Positions 13,343 through 26,538 of a stretch of 64,000 nt of DNA are shown here, in pieces. Source of the DNA: Felis catus. Taxonomy: Eukaryota. The stretch is taken from the NCBI RefSeq assembly GCF_018350175.1, contig NC_058368.1:39248001-39312000 (forward strand), in the 5' to 3' direction. The position numbers and the translations under genes were made by a program. The notes beneath the pieces were generated by a model that saw nothing but the letters and a program-made list of their open reading frames with translations, ran no database searches and was not told where the DNA came from. Position 1 is the first letter of the stretch, and the number at the start of each line of letters is the position of its first letter.

Positions 13343-14339
13343 AAACACTGAGATTTTTGATGATTCTCCAGATAGTTTCTCTTCATCAATCATATCTTCT
13401 CAACTGAACAACAGATTTCAGATATTCACATTATAACATCTAACTTCTTTTCAATCCCATATAATTTACCACTTTGCATAATGCCTGATGGGATAAAGTA
13501 TACATTCTATATTATTTTCAAATTAATGTCCACCCCTAAACCCATCAATCTGAATTAAGTCACTATTTCATCACCTGTGGTCTATATGCATTTTTAACCT
13601 GTTACTAACACTGCTACTGTAAGGCTAATGTCATACACGACAGCTTCAAATCCAAATAATTTTATGCCAATATCACTTTCCATTGTAGTTTAATACTGGG
13701 ATTATTAGAATCACTTTCCGTGGAGAAGTGATTCTTGTAGCATGTATAGAAGTTGAGTCCATCACCTTAATTTTATTAACGTGAAGTACAATCCACTCAG
13801 ATTACATAGTAACGATAAATGTGCTACAATAAAAAGTGTGCTGTGCAGAGAACATATTACATTGGTGACCAGTACTGACCCCTTGTTACCAGTTTGTTCC
13901 AACCCCGGTTCACAGTGTTGCCTTCAGTTTCTGTATCATTGAGACATTTGTTTTGTGAAAGATCTTTCTTTATCCTTATGCTAATAAAGAAGCTCATGCA
14001 TTCCAAAACAACCACTAAATCCATTTTTGTCTCTCTTGTTTATTTTGAAAGAAAAATCTTTCAGAACTTGTTAAAAATAATATGAAGAGGTCTATCAGAA
14101 GCAAATACAGCATTCAATTACCATCAACTTTATTTAGCCAATCCTTCTGGTACATTCAAATCCTTCTATAAAACTTGTAATAAAAGGGTATGATTGGTAA
14201 ATTTGATAACCTCATAAATTAAAATTCTAGTAAAACTTTTTTATAATTGGAGAAAATATTTTAATTGAATAATTTGTAAACTCTTCGAAATTCCAAAAAC
14301 ATAACTAGTATCAGGACACTCAGTACATTGTTAACAAAT

Positions 14340-14663
14340 TGTCCTCATCACAAGGGCCCTGATAAGAGGGAGACAGGAGAGTCAGATGTGAGGGGACAGG
14401 ATGGCAGAAGCCAGAGATGACAGAGATTTGAAGATGTCGCACTTCTGTCCTTGAAAATGGAGGAGATTTCTCAAGTAAGGATACAGGCCTCTAAGGCCTG
14501 GAAAAAGCAAGAAAAGAAACTCTCCTAGGTTCTCCACAACATAACCTGCCAATACATGGATTTTAGGTCTTTTGACCTCTATAATTGAAGGATAGTAAAT
14601 GTGTGTTGTTTTAAGCCACCAAGCTTATGGTAGTTTGTTACAGCAACAATAGAAACTTAATAC
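14340..14663 (+). mobile_element. MaLR LTR (MLT1D-like) 3' part
   Basis: Typical MLT1 end: gtgtgttgttttaagccacc...gtttgttacagcaacaatagaaac. Confidence 0.75.
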
Positions 14664-14724
14664 CCTGAAAAAGCACTTTGCCATTGTTTCGAAGGTGAAG
14701 AAGAAGGTTGTTTAAAAAGTTTTA

Positions 14725-14964
14725 TTTATCTGATATAAGTATGGCTACTCCAGCTTTCTTTTGGCTTCCAGTAGCATGATAAATAGTTCTCCATCCCCTC
14801 ACTCTCAATCTAAAGGTGTCCTCAGGTCTAAAATGAGTCTCTTGTAGACAGCAAATAGATGGGTCTTGTTTTTTTATCCATTCTGAGACCCTATGTCTTT
14901 TGGTTGGCGCATTTAATCCATTTACATTCAGTGTTATTATAGAAAGATACGGGTTTAGAGTCAT
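14725..14964 (-). pseudogene. L1 ORF2 codons 1-80 (endonuclease N-terminus), inverted
   Basis: MTLNPYLSIITLNVNGLNAP...CCLQETHF...GVAILISDK. Confidence 0.95.
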
Positions 14965-15014
14965 TGTGATGTCTGTATGTTTTATGCTTGTAGTGATGTC
15001 TCTGGGACTTTGTC

Positions 15015-15904
15015 TCACAGGGTACCCCTTAGGATCTCTTGTAGGGCTGGTTTAGTGGTGACAAATTCCTTCAGTTTTTGTTTGTTTGGGAAGACCTTTA
15101 TTTCTCCTTCTATTCTAAATGACAGACTTGCTGGATAAAGGATTCTCGGCTGCATATTTTTTCTGTCTAGCACCCTGAAAGTCTCGTGCCAATTCTTTCT
15201 GGCCTGCCAAGTTTCAAAAGAGAGATCAGTCACGAGTCTTATAGGTCTCCCTTTATATGTGAGGGCACGTTTACCCCTTGCTGCTTTCAGAATTTTCTCT
15301 TTGTCCTTGTATTTTGCCAGTTTCACTATGATATGTCGTGCAGAAGATCGATTCAAGTTACGTCTGAAGGGAGTTCTCTGTGCCTCTTGGATTTCAATGC
15401 CTTTTTCCTTCCCCAGTTCAGGGAAGTTCTCAGCTATGATTTCTTCAAGTACCCCTTCAGCACCTTTCCCTCTCTCTTCCTCCTCTGGGATACCAATTAT
15501 GCGTATATTATTTCTTTTTAGTGTATCACTTAGTTCTCTAATTTTCCCCTCATACTCCTGGATTTTTTTATCTCTCTTTTTCTCAGCTTCCTCTTTTCCA
15601 TAACGTTATCTTCTAGTTCACCTATTCTCTCCTCTGCCTCTTCAATCCGAGCCGTGGTGGTTTCCATTTTTTGCATTTCATTTAAAGCGTTTTTCAGCTC
15701 CTCGTGACTGTTCCTTAGTCCCTTGATGTCTGTAGCAAGAGATTCTCTGCTGTCCTGTATACTGTTTTCAAGCCCAGCGATTAATTTTATGACTATTATT
15801 CTAAATTCACTTTCTGTTATATTATTTAAATCCTTTTTGATCAGCTCATTAGCTGTTGTTATTTCCTGGAGATTCTTCTGAGGGGAATTCTTCCGCTTGG
15901 TCAT
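15015..15904 (-). pseudogene. L1 ORF1p, inverted, one frameshift
   Basis: MTKRKNSPQK...coiled coil; RHIIVKL...QPRILYPASLSF...ALQEILRGTL. Frameshift near 15595. Confidence 0.95.
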
Positions 15905-15909
15905 TTTGG

Positions 15910-18900
15910 CTAGACTTTAAATTAAAGGCTGTAACAAGAGATGAAGAAGGACATTATATAATAGTTACAGGGTCTATCCATCAGGAAGAGCTAACAATTA
16001 TAAATGTCTATGCGCCGAATACCGGAGCCCCCAAATATATAAAACAATTACTCATAAATATAAGCAACCTTATTGATAAGAATGTGGTAATTGCAGGGGA
16101 CTTTAACACCCCACTTACAGAAATGGATAGATCATCTAGACACACGGTCAATAAAGAAACAAGGGCCCTGAATGAGACATTGGATCAGATGGACTTGACA
16201 GATATATTTAGAACTCTACATCCCAAAGCAACAGAATATACTTTCTTCTTGAGTGCACATGGAACATTCTCCAAGATAGATCATATACTGGGTCACAAAA
16301 CAGCCCTTCATAAGTTTACAAGAATTGAAATTATACCATGCATACTTTCAGACCACAACGCTATGAAGCTTGAAATCAACCACAGAAAAAAGTCTGGAAA
16401 ACCTCCAAAAGCATGGAGGTTAAAGAACACCCTACTAACGAATGAGTGGGTCAACCAGGCAATTAGAGAAGAAATTAAAAAATATATGGAAACAAACGAA
16501 AATGAAAATACAACAATCCAAACGCTTTGGGACGCAGCGAAGCAGTCCTGAGAGGAAAATACATTGCAATCCAGGCCTATCTCAAGAAACAAGAAAAATC
16601 CCAAATACAAAATCTAACAGCACACCTAAAGGAACTAGAAGCAGAACAGCAAAGGCAGCCTAAACCCAGCAGAAGAAGAGAAATAATAAAGATCAGAGCA
16701 GAAATAAACAATATAGAATCTAAAAAAACTGTAGAGCAGATCAACGAAACCAAGAGTTGGTTTTTTGAAAAAATAAACAAAATTGACAAACCTCTAGCCA
16801 GGCTTCTCAAAAAGAAAAGGGAGATGACCCAAATAGATAAAATCATGAATGAAAATGGAATGATTACAACCAATCCCTCAGAGATACAAACAATTATCAG
16901 GGAATACTATGAAAAATTATATGCCAACAAATTGGACAACCTGGAAGAAATGGACAAATTCCTGAACACCCACACTCTTCCAAAACTCAATCAGGAGGAA
17001 ATAGAAAGCTTGAACAGACCCATAACCAGCGAAGAAATTGAATCGGTTATCAAAAAACTCCCAACAAATAAGAGTCCAGGACCAGATGGCTTCCCAGGGG
17101 AGTTCTACCAGACGTTTAAAGCAGAGATAATACCTATCCTTCTCAAGCTATTCCAAGAAATAGAAAGGGAAGGAAAACTTCCAGACTCATTCTATGAAGT
17201 CAGTATTACTTTGATTCCTAAACCAGACAGACACCCAGTCAAAAAAGAGAACTACAGGCCAATATCCCTGATGAATATGGATGCAAAAATTCTCAATAAG
17301 ATACTAGCAAATCGAATTCAACGGCATATAAAAAGAATTATTCACCATGATCAAGTGGGATTCATTCCTGGGATGCAGGGCTGGTTCAACATTCACAAAT
17401 CAATCAACGTGATACATCACATTAACAAAAAAAAAAAAAAAAGAGAAGAACCATATGATCCTGTCAATCGATGCAGAAAAGGCCTTTGACAAAATCCAGC
17501 ACCCTTTCTTAATAAAAACCCTTGAGAAAGTCGGGATAGGAGGAACATACTTAAAGATCATAAAAGCCATTTATGAAAAGCCCACAGCTAACATCATCCT
17601 CAACGGGGAAAAACTGAGAGCTTTCTCCCTGAGATCAGGAACACGACAGGGTTGCCCACTCTCACCGCTGCCGTTTAACATAGTGCTGGAAGTTCTAGCA
17701 TCAGCAATCAGACAACAAAAGGAAATCAAAGGCATCAAAATTGGCAAAGATGAAGTCAAGCTTTCGCTTTTTGCAGATGACATGATATTATACATGGAAA
17801 ATCCGATAGACTCCACCAAAAGTCTGCTAGAACTGATACAGGAATTCAGCAAAGTTGCAGGATACAAAATCAATGTACAGAAATCAGTTGCATTCTTATA
17901 CACTAACAATGAAGCAACAGAAAGACAAATAAAGAAACTGATCCCATTCACAATTGCACCAAGAAGCATAAAATACCTAGGAATAAATCTAACCAAAGAT
18001 GTAAAGGATCTGTATGCTGAAAACTATAGAAAGCTTATAAAGGTAATTGCAGAAGATTTAAAGAAATGGAAAGACATTCCCTGCTCATGGATTGGAAGAA
18101 TAAATATTGTCAAAATGTCAATACTACCCAAAACTATCTACACATTCAATGCAATCCCAATCAAAATTGCACCAGCATTCTTCTCGAAACTAGAAGAAGC
18201 AATCCTAAAATTCATATGGAACCACAAAAGTCCTCGGATAGCCAAAGGAATTTTGAAGAAGAAGACCAAAGCAGGAGGCATCACAATCCCAGACTTTAGC
18301 CTCTACTACAAAGCTGTCATCATCAAGACAGCATGGTATTGGCACAAAAACAGACACATAGACCAATGGAATAGAATAGAAACCCCAGAACTAGACCCAC
18401 AAATGTATGGCCAACGCATCTTTGACAAAGCAGGAAAGAACATCCAATGGAAAAAAGACAGCCTCTTTAACAAATGGTGCTGGGAGAACTGGGCAGCAAC
18501 ATGCAGAAGGTTGAAACTAGACCACTTTCTCACACCATTCACAAAAATAAACTCAAAATGGATAAAGGACCTAAATGTGAGACAGGAAACCATCAAAACC
18601 TTAGAGGAGAAAGCAGGAAAAGACCTCTCTGACCTCAGCCGTAGCAATCTCTTACTCGACACATCCCCAAAGGCAAGGGAATTAAAAGCAAAAGTGAATT
18701 ACTGGGACCTTATGAAGATAAAAAGCTTCTGCACAGCAAAGGAAACAACCAACAAAACTAAAAGGCAACCAACGGAATGGGAAAAGATATTCGCAAATGA
18801 CATATCGGACAAAGGGCTAGTATCCAAAATCTATAAAGAGCTCACCAAACTCCACACCCGAAAAACAAATAACCCAGTGAAGAAATGGGCAGAAAACATG

Positions 18901-19500
18901 AATAGACACTTCTCTAAAGAAGACATCCAGATGGCCAACAGGCACATGAAAAGATGTTCAGCGTCGCTCCTTATCAGGGAAATACAAATCAAAACCACAC
19001 TCAGGTATCACCTCACGCCAGTCAGAGTGGCCAAAATGAACAAATCAGGAGACTCTAGATGCTGGAGAGGATGTGGAGAAACGGGAACCCTCTTGCACTG
19101 TTGGTGGGAATGCAAATTGGTGCAGCCGCTCTGGAAAGCAGTGTGGAGGTTCCTCAGAAAATTAAAAATAGACCTACCCTATGACCCAGCAATAGCACTG
19201 CTAGGAATATATCCAAGGGATACAGGAGTACTGATGCATAGGGCCACTTGTACCCCAATGTTCATAGCAGCACTCTCAACAATAGCCAAATTATGGAAAG
19301 AGCCTAAATGTCCATCAACTGATGAATGGATAAAGAAATTGTGGTTTATATACACAATGGAATATTACGTGGCAATGAGAAAAAATGAAATACGGCCTTT
19401 TGTAGCAACGTGGATGGAACTGGAGAGTGTGATGCTAAGTGAAATAAGCCATACAGAGAAAGACAGATACCATATGGTTTCACTCTTATGTGGATCCTGA
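15910..19500 (+). pseudogene. L1 ORF2p remainder (endonuclease, reverse transcriptase, Cys-rich domain), two frameshifts
   Basis: [21 protein letters not shown] and [18 protein letters not shown] motifs. Frameshifts near 16543 and in the A-run near 17430. Confidence 0.97.
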
Positions 19501-19769
19501 GAAACTTAACAGGAACCCATGGGGGAGGGGAAGGAAAAAAAAAAGAGGTTAGAGTGGGAGAGAGCCAAAGCATAAGACACTGTTAAAAACTGAGAACAAA
19601 CTGAGGATTGATGGGGGGTGGGAGGAAGGAGAGGGTGGGTGATGGGTATTGAGGAGGGCACCTTTTGGGATGAGCACTGGGTGTTGTATCGAAACCAATT
19701 TGTCAATAAATTTCATATATAAAAAAATAAAATAAAAATAAAAAGTTTTATTTATAATTTTAACTTTTA

Positions 19770-19982
19770 TTTAAATTTTTTAATGTTTTATTTTATATTT
19801 GAGAGGGAGAGAGAGAGAGAGCACCAACAGGGGAAGGGCAGAGAGACAGAGACAGAATCTGAAGCAGGCTCCAGTCTCTGAGCCATCAGCAGAGCCTGAC
19901 GTGGGGCTCGAACTCATGAACTGTGAGATCACGACCTGATCTGAAGTTGGACGCTTAATCTACTGAGCCACCCAGGCACCCC
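19770..19982 (-). mobile_element. CAN-SINE
   Basis: Reverse SINE; TSD tataattttaactttt / tataattctagctttt. Confidence 0.93.
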
Positions 19983-20214
19983 TATAATTCTAGCTTTTTC
20001 TTAGCATTTATTATGAGCCATCTCTGTGCTAATCACATATCTCAATACTTCAAAAGGGAAGAGATAAAATTTATCCAAGTTTTCTTTTTGTAGCAGTTTG
20101 TTCTTCTACCAATTAATAGAACTGAAATGCAGTTTGGTATTTAGATGTATTTATTATGTTTACTTTTTGTAATCAAGATAGGATGAAAATGCCTCTTTAT
20201 TAGACAGATGTTTA

Positions 20215-20430
20215 GGGACACCTGGGTAACTCTGTCAGTTAAGTGTCTGACTCTTGATTTCAGCTCAGGTCATGATCTTGTGGTTCATGAATTTGAGTCC
20301 CACATCGGACTCTGCTCTGACAGTGAAGAGCCTGCTTAGGATTTGCTCTCTCTCCCTCTCTCTCTGCCCCTGCCCCACTCTCTCTCATACTCTCTCTCAA
20401 AATAAATAAAAATACTTTAAGAAAAAAAAT
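20215..20430 (+). mobile_element. CAN-SINE
   Basis: SINE head and tail; TSD agatgtttag. Confidence 0.93.
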
Positions 20431-20555
20431 AGATGTTTAGTTGTTTTAACTATTCTTGGATCTTACTTAGAAAACATAATCCTAACCCTAATTGTAAATA
20501 TTCTTGGTGGCATGGTGAGCTTTTATCAGTGCCTTTTAAATATTCCTCAAGCTCT

Positions 20556-20745
20556 GGGACACCTGGGTGCCTCAGTGAGTTAAGCTTCCGACTTTGGCTC
20601 AGGTCATGATCTCATGGTTTGTGGGTTTGAGCCCCGCATCTTACTCTCTGCTGTCAGCATAGAGCCTGCTTCAGATCTCTCTGTCCCCCTCTCTCTCTGC
20701 CCCTCCCCACCTCAAAAATAAATAAACTTTCAAAATCATAAAGTA
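20556..20745 (+). mobile_element. CAN-SINE
   Basis: SINE; TSD attcctcaag(c/t)tct. Confidence 0.92.
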
Positions 20746-20869
20746 AAATTCCTCAAGTTCTGCAAATTCTCAGATTTTTACAAGATGAACATTTATTTTT
20801 GGTCTGAATTTAGTGTATTAAAATTTGATCTCAGAACCTATTAACAGTATTCATTAATGCTCTTTACCT

Positions 20870-21205
20870 TATAATCTCTCCTTTTCTGCGTCTGGAAACA
20901 TAATGGGTTGTATTTCTTCAACTCTTTTGAAGAAAAGTATGGCCATTCCATTGGCCAATAAAATGTGAGAATAAAAAATAGCTGTCAGTATACTATAGTA
21001 ACTTTAAGTGCCAGTGCACATCTCCCTGTCTAGACACAGGTGAGTCATTGCATGGACACGGGGCCTCCATTAGCCTCTACCCTTAGTCACTTGCCTGTCT
21101 CTTTTTAAGCTTGTGTGATAAACAAGAAATAAAATTTTGTTTTCGGCCAGTGAGGTGTTGGGTTATATTTTATAAACCACCACATCACAATCTACTGTGA
21201 TTGAT
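20870..21205 (+). mobile_element. Old MaLR LTR (MLT1I/J-like)
   Basis: ggccaataaaatgtgag...gcctccattagcct...agaaataaaattttgttt pattern. Confidence 0.55.
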
Positions 21206-22379
21206 ATGCTTCCACCCAAAAGTAATTTCAATGACAAAAAAACTACAGCGTACTTAATCACTCTATTTTTTGTTCTTTACTCTCATTGATTTTATCCATC
21301 ATCATTATGAGATCTATATTCAATTTTGGGGAGAGGATGATAAACATCTGTTTCCTGATTATCTATAGATTCTCTAAAAAAGAATATATTTTAAATAATC
21401 AATAAAAATCAACTGAATTTCTGTTTGTAAATTTAATTTCCTGTGTGAAAATTATATCCCTGGGGCATACCAGCTTAATAAAAGTTTGTTTCAGTTACTG
21501 TTCCAGACAGGTTTGCTGTTGGATTTGATATAAGAAACGAGTAAGGAGGGAATATCTGCTTGATCTTCAAATGCAAAGTATAAATTTTAAAGTTATTTGA
21601 AGGGAGTAAATTTGAATTAAGAATTTTATTGGAATGTGCATCTGATCTTTCTCCTTGTTTACAACCTTATTCTGTTCTTAAATTTTTGCGAAGCTATAGA
21701 CCCCTCACGATATTAAATTCTCTCTGTCATAATCAGTGATTTAATGTTCTACCCTTGAATGTTTCATTTCTCCAACAGGTGAGTTATGTGTGAGCCTAAG
21801 GCAAAGCTCTAGCTTCCTTCTTCCACACGACTTTGCCATTTCCCATTCTCCAAATACACTGAAACACACACTCTCTTTTTCACAAATACACGTACACACA
21901 CAAAAACACAGAAACTTATGACTATATACACAGAAACCTATGACTATCTCCATTTGTCATTAAGAATTGTATATGATGCCACAAAAGAAGCTCCAGTGGA
22001 ATACTATGTAGATAATAATACTTAATTGAACTGGTTGATTACATGCTCTTGTATTTTAACATATATAGAATTTACAATATTGTTCTAAGATTACCTGAGA
22101 CAACAAACTACTTTTTTTAACCATTCTTTGGGTCTTACATTACATCATGCACTCATCCCATCTACACAGGAAAAAGAAATCATGAGCTATTTTTTCAGTG
22201 TATGACATAACTGTCTCCCCACTCCATTCTTACTAATATGCAGAATTCCAGATTTTCATTTCCCCACATTAAATGTTTCTTCCCAGATTATATTTTTCAT
22301 ATTGCATTGGTCCACCTACTCCGCACTTCGTGTGTCCATCATCACTGGGTACCGATGTCAGAAGAAGTTCAATGTGGAT

Positions 22380-23105
22380 TTGTTTTATAACAGTTTTACT
22401 GTGATATAATTCACATGCAAATCTATACACCTTTTAAAAATGTACAATTCAGTGATTTTTAGTAAATTCACAGGGTTGTGTGCTCATCATTACTATCTAA
22501 CATTAGAATTTCTTATCACTGTTTCTAAAAGCCCCATACACACATTAGTACTCACTTGCCATTACAGTAGTCCCCTCCCCTTTCATAGTTTTGCTTTTGT
22601 AGTTTTAGTTACCTGAGATCAACCATGATTCAGAAGTAGATGATTCTCTTCCTGAAGTATGGGCAAAAGGGAAATAGTAGCCTAATACTGTGTCACAATG
22701 TCTATATCATTCCACTCACTTCATCTCATCACACAGGCATTTTATGATCTCACATCATCACAAGAAGCGTGAGTGCAATACAATTTGGTTATTTTGAGAA
22801 AAGATCACATTCATGTATCTTTTAGTACAGTATATTGCCATAATTGTTATATTTTACTATTGTTTTTGGTCTCTTGCTCTGCTTAAATTATTACTTAAGA
22901 TTTACCATAAATATGTATGTACATGAAAAGCAGTGTATATAGGGCTTGATACTATCTATGGTTTCAGGCATCTACTGGAGGTCTTGGAACGTATCCCCTG
23001 TGGATAAGGGGGCACTACTGTACTCTCTTGCAAACCAGCCTTGGCAACCACTAGTATATCTCTATGGACTTGCCTATCCTGGACATTTCACATAAAAGGA
23101 CTCAT
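22380..23105 (-). mobile_element. Old L1 3' end (L1MB/MC-like) interrupted by a Tigger-derived element
   Basis: acagttttactgtgatataattcacat...tggcaaccactag...ggacatttcacataaa. Confidence 0.75.
22565..23020 (+). mobile_element. MER44-like (Tigger7-derived) non-autonomous DNA transposon
   Basis: Terminal inverted repeats cagtagtcccc...gggggcactactg flanked by TA on both sides. Confidence 0.85.
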
Positions 23106-23147
23106 GAGCAACTGTACAATTGAAAGCAACTAGACAAATACACTAGA

Positions 23148-23312
23148 TATTATTTATTTTGAGGGAGAGAGAGAGACAGAGAGAGAATCCTAAGCAGGCC
23201 CCGCACTGTCAGTGCAGAGCCAGATGCAAGCTCAAACCGAAGAACCATGAGATCATGACCTGAGCCAAAACCAAAAGCTGGACGCTTAACCAACTGAGCC
23301 ACCCGGGAGCCT
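23148..23312 (-). mobile_element. CAN-SINE
   Basis: Reverse SINE body. Confidence 0.9.
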
Positions 23313-23721
23313 CATAAAATTAACAAAAAAATGTAATGTTCCACTGATAGTAGACTTTACCTACATAAACAGTTGATTCTGTTTATATTTTCTAACCTGC
23401 AACCTGAAACCTTTAAAATAAGGAATAGTTCTAGACACTAGAATCAATCAATGAAAATAATAGATTCTATTTAAACAGGCAAGAATACAGATTTTACTAA
23501 AACTTAACGTCTATAATAATTAACTTATTATTATCAGTTATTGTGATAGAGAAATGGAACTAAATACTTCCATGGGGCAAAGAACTAATGGGAGATATAT
23601 CTTTTGGTATACCTTATAACAAACTTCAAACAATATTCAAATACTACCATGGGATTTTTCTTATGATAAATTATTGCTATTTAGGCTTAGCAAAATTTCA
23701 TTTTGTCTTTTTCAATTTATT

Positions 23722-23819
23722 TATATATATATATTCTTATATACATAGATATATACATATATATGTATAAATATATATATGTACACACATATACACACAC
23801 ATATGTGTGTGTGTGTATG

Positions 23820-23870
<51 letters not shown>
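23722..23870. repeat. (TA)/(CA)/(TG) compound microsatellite
   Basis: Direct observation. Confidence 0.95.
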
Positions 23871-23871
<1 letters not shown>

Positions 23872-24940
23872 AGAGGTAACTTTCTAGAAATGTTTGAAAA
23901 GAAAGATATTGAAATTTTAACCTAAGGATTAATTTATATTTTTAAATGCTTGGAATTAGTTATTTGGAAATTTACCTCCATAGAATCATTCTTTACACTT
24001 CTCTGTATAATGCAATAAACAATAAAAATCACATATGAAGTAAAATATCATATTACTTGGTTTATTCTAAGTTACCAATCATGAAATTTGAATATTCTGG
24101 AAGAAGGAAAAACTTTCAGATAAGTCTTAGTTTCACAAAATTGTTAAGGGGAAAGTTATGCTTTTCTGATGATTTGAGTAATATGAATAAGTTATTTGCC
24201 CTTAAAGTAGCAGAAAGAATTAATTTTTGAGCACAATGAAATTAAAAGGCTTTAGCTTGCCTGATCTGAACAAAGTAAGATGAATTTTTAATACAGTGAA
24301 TTAATTAGGCACGTAATGAGAAATAGAATATATAATATTTCTAATTCAGATAAATCGCAAAATATCCCAGATCCTAAAAGAAATAAATATCATTCATCAT
24401 AGACACACCTTAAATTATGTTTATTGGAAAATATTAATGGCAACAGATATAACAGAAACGTTAGATGAATTCTATTGCTGATTTAGTTTCACGAAATTAC
24501 ATTTCATTTTGACCCTCATCTGTAACTTTCTGCAGAGTTAATCTTAGGACATTACTCATTTTTGAAGGTGTTAATGTACCATAAAGGATTTGTATTATCG
24601 TTAGACATACTATCTATGCCAGGTGTTACATGTTCTCTGCATCTGCCCTGAAGTTCATTTAACAGCTTATAAATCTTTATGACCATATGATGTGTTTCTG
24701 TGATCACTTGCATCCTTAAAAAGATTCTGAAACATATGAGATTAAGTTATTTTTAAACTTTTTTACATAACACAGTACCTATGGATTAATTTTAATACTT
24801 TTGATTTACATAATATTCAATTTCATAGTTTGAACAACTTTCAGTGTATACATATATACATATATGTGATTATATGTTAACATGCAATATGATATAGTGA
24901 CTTGGGATCTAATCTCTGTATTTAAAGACACTTTACATTT

Positions 24941-25061
24941 GGGTAGGAGGGAGGGAGGGTGGGTGATGGGCATTGAGGAGGGCACCTGTTGGGATGAGCA
25001 CTGGGTGTTGTATGGCAACCAATTTGACAATAAATTTCATATTAAAAAAATTTTTAAAAAT
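24941..25061 (+). mobile_element. Extremely 5'-truncated felid L1 (about 120 bp of the 3' end)
   Basis: Matches L1 3' ends at 9820-9928; TSD aaa(g/a)acactttacattt at 24924 and 25062. Confidence 0.93.
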
Positions 25062-26077
25062 AAAAACACTTTACATTTCCAGACTTAGTGCCCTAATCTA
25101 CAAATCATTGTATGTGAGCTAGAGGATTTATAAGCATAGCATTTTTTTGAATTTTTTTGTTCTATGATCAGTACTAAATTGCAGGGTCACATAAAATGAT
25201 GTATATTTTATTTCATGTATTCAATACATTCTTTAGCCAATCACAAGTACACTGTACGAAAATATATTTATTTTATTTACATTTATTTTGCATTTCATAT
25301 TTTATGACAAATATACCTAACCATACATCTTTTTGTGCCAGTTGTGTAGAATTTATATTAACTAGCTGAAGAAATAGAGTCAAAGGAAATTTTTATATAA
25401 TTTGATCACTCAGGTACCTGAGGAATAGACTCAGGAAAATATTTAATTAAAACTTTTTTTGTAAATAAAATTATTTGAAAAATATAGGCTAGCATCTATA
25501 TCTAAAAATATAAAACAATTTGACAAATCCTTTTTTTTAATAAATCCTATTTTAAAATAAAAGGCAAATACTGAATTTTAGTCCTTATAATTTATTAGTT
25601 AGCAATCTTTTAAAATCTGTTTCATAACCCATTATAAGAGTTAAGAAGTTTTCTCATATTATAGAAACTTCTGTAGATGTCTGGCATGCTTACTGAAAAA
25701 AACACATTTCTGAGCACCACAGCAAACCCACTGAATCAGAATTATCAAGGGCATTTGACTATTTTGTCCCCTATCTCCCTTCCCTTTCCCTTTTTCCTTC
25801 CCTCCCCCTCTCTTCCTCTCTTCTCTCTGTTTATTCTTTCCTTTTTCCTTTTTCTTTCTTTCTTTCTATGAAATATCCCTGTAGTTCTTACCAACAGCAA
25901 TATTAAGGAAAACTTCAGATTTAACATTGGAATATTTAGAGTTTAGATAGCATCTAGCTTTATGGTACATTTAATTAGTTTGAAAAGTTGTATGCATCAT
26001 TAGTCCACAGCCCATAACCTTTAAAATTTTTTTGTCCTTTATAGTTTATAGGGCTCTCAAAAGTTTTCTATCTTTAT

Positions 26078-26078
26078 C

Positions 26079-26116
<38 letters not shown>

Positions 26117-26287
26117 ATGTGTGTGTATATATATATGTGTGTGTGTGTATATATATATGTACATATATATATAAGAAATATACATATCTCTTAAAAGATA
26201 CATATATACATATACACACACATACATATGTATATATATGTGTATATATATATATATGTATATATATATATACACACACATATATAT

Positions 26288-26336
<49 letters not shown>
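26078..26336. repeat. Long compound (TA)/(TG)/(CA) microsatellite abutting a SINE tail
   Basis: Direct observation. Confidence 0.96.
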
Positions 26337-26345
<9 letters not shown>

Positions 26346-26538
26346 TTTTTAGTTTATTTGTTTCAAGAGAGACAGAGACAGCACAAGTGAAGGGGGAGGC
26401 AGAGAGAGAGAATCCCAAGCCAACTCTGCACTGTCAGCACAGAGCCCGACATGGGGCTCGAGTCAGGAAACCAGGAGATCATGACCTGAGCTGAAACCAA
26501 GAGTCCGACCCCTAACCAACTGAGCCACCCAGGCACCT
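26337..26538 (-). mobile_element. CAN-SINE
   Basis: Reverse SINE body. Confidence 0.92.

Larger units (their letters stand above)
14725..19739 (+). mobile_element. Young felid LINE-1 with 5' inversion (twin priming), lacking the 5'UTR
   Basis: 16-bp TSD AAAAAGTTTTATTTAT at 14714-14729 and 19740-19755. Inverted ORF1 plus ORF2 start at 14725-15909 (minus); sense ORF2, 3'UTR and polyA at 15910-19739. Confidence 0.97.

Noticed and set aside
24550..24650. Possible minus-strand exon (about 30 open codons after ttcag)
   Set aside because: Peptide unrecognised, no convincing donor site, length expected by chance
26032..26494. Several overlapping Y/I/T/H-rich ORFs
   Set aside because: Microsatellite and SINE artefacts; the same applies at 37028-37322
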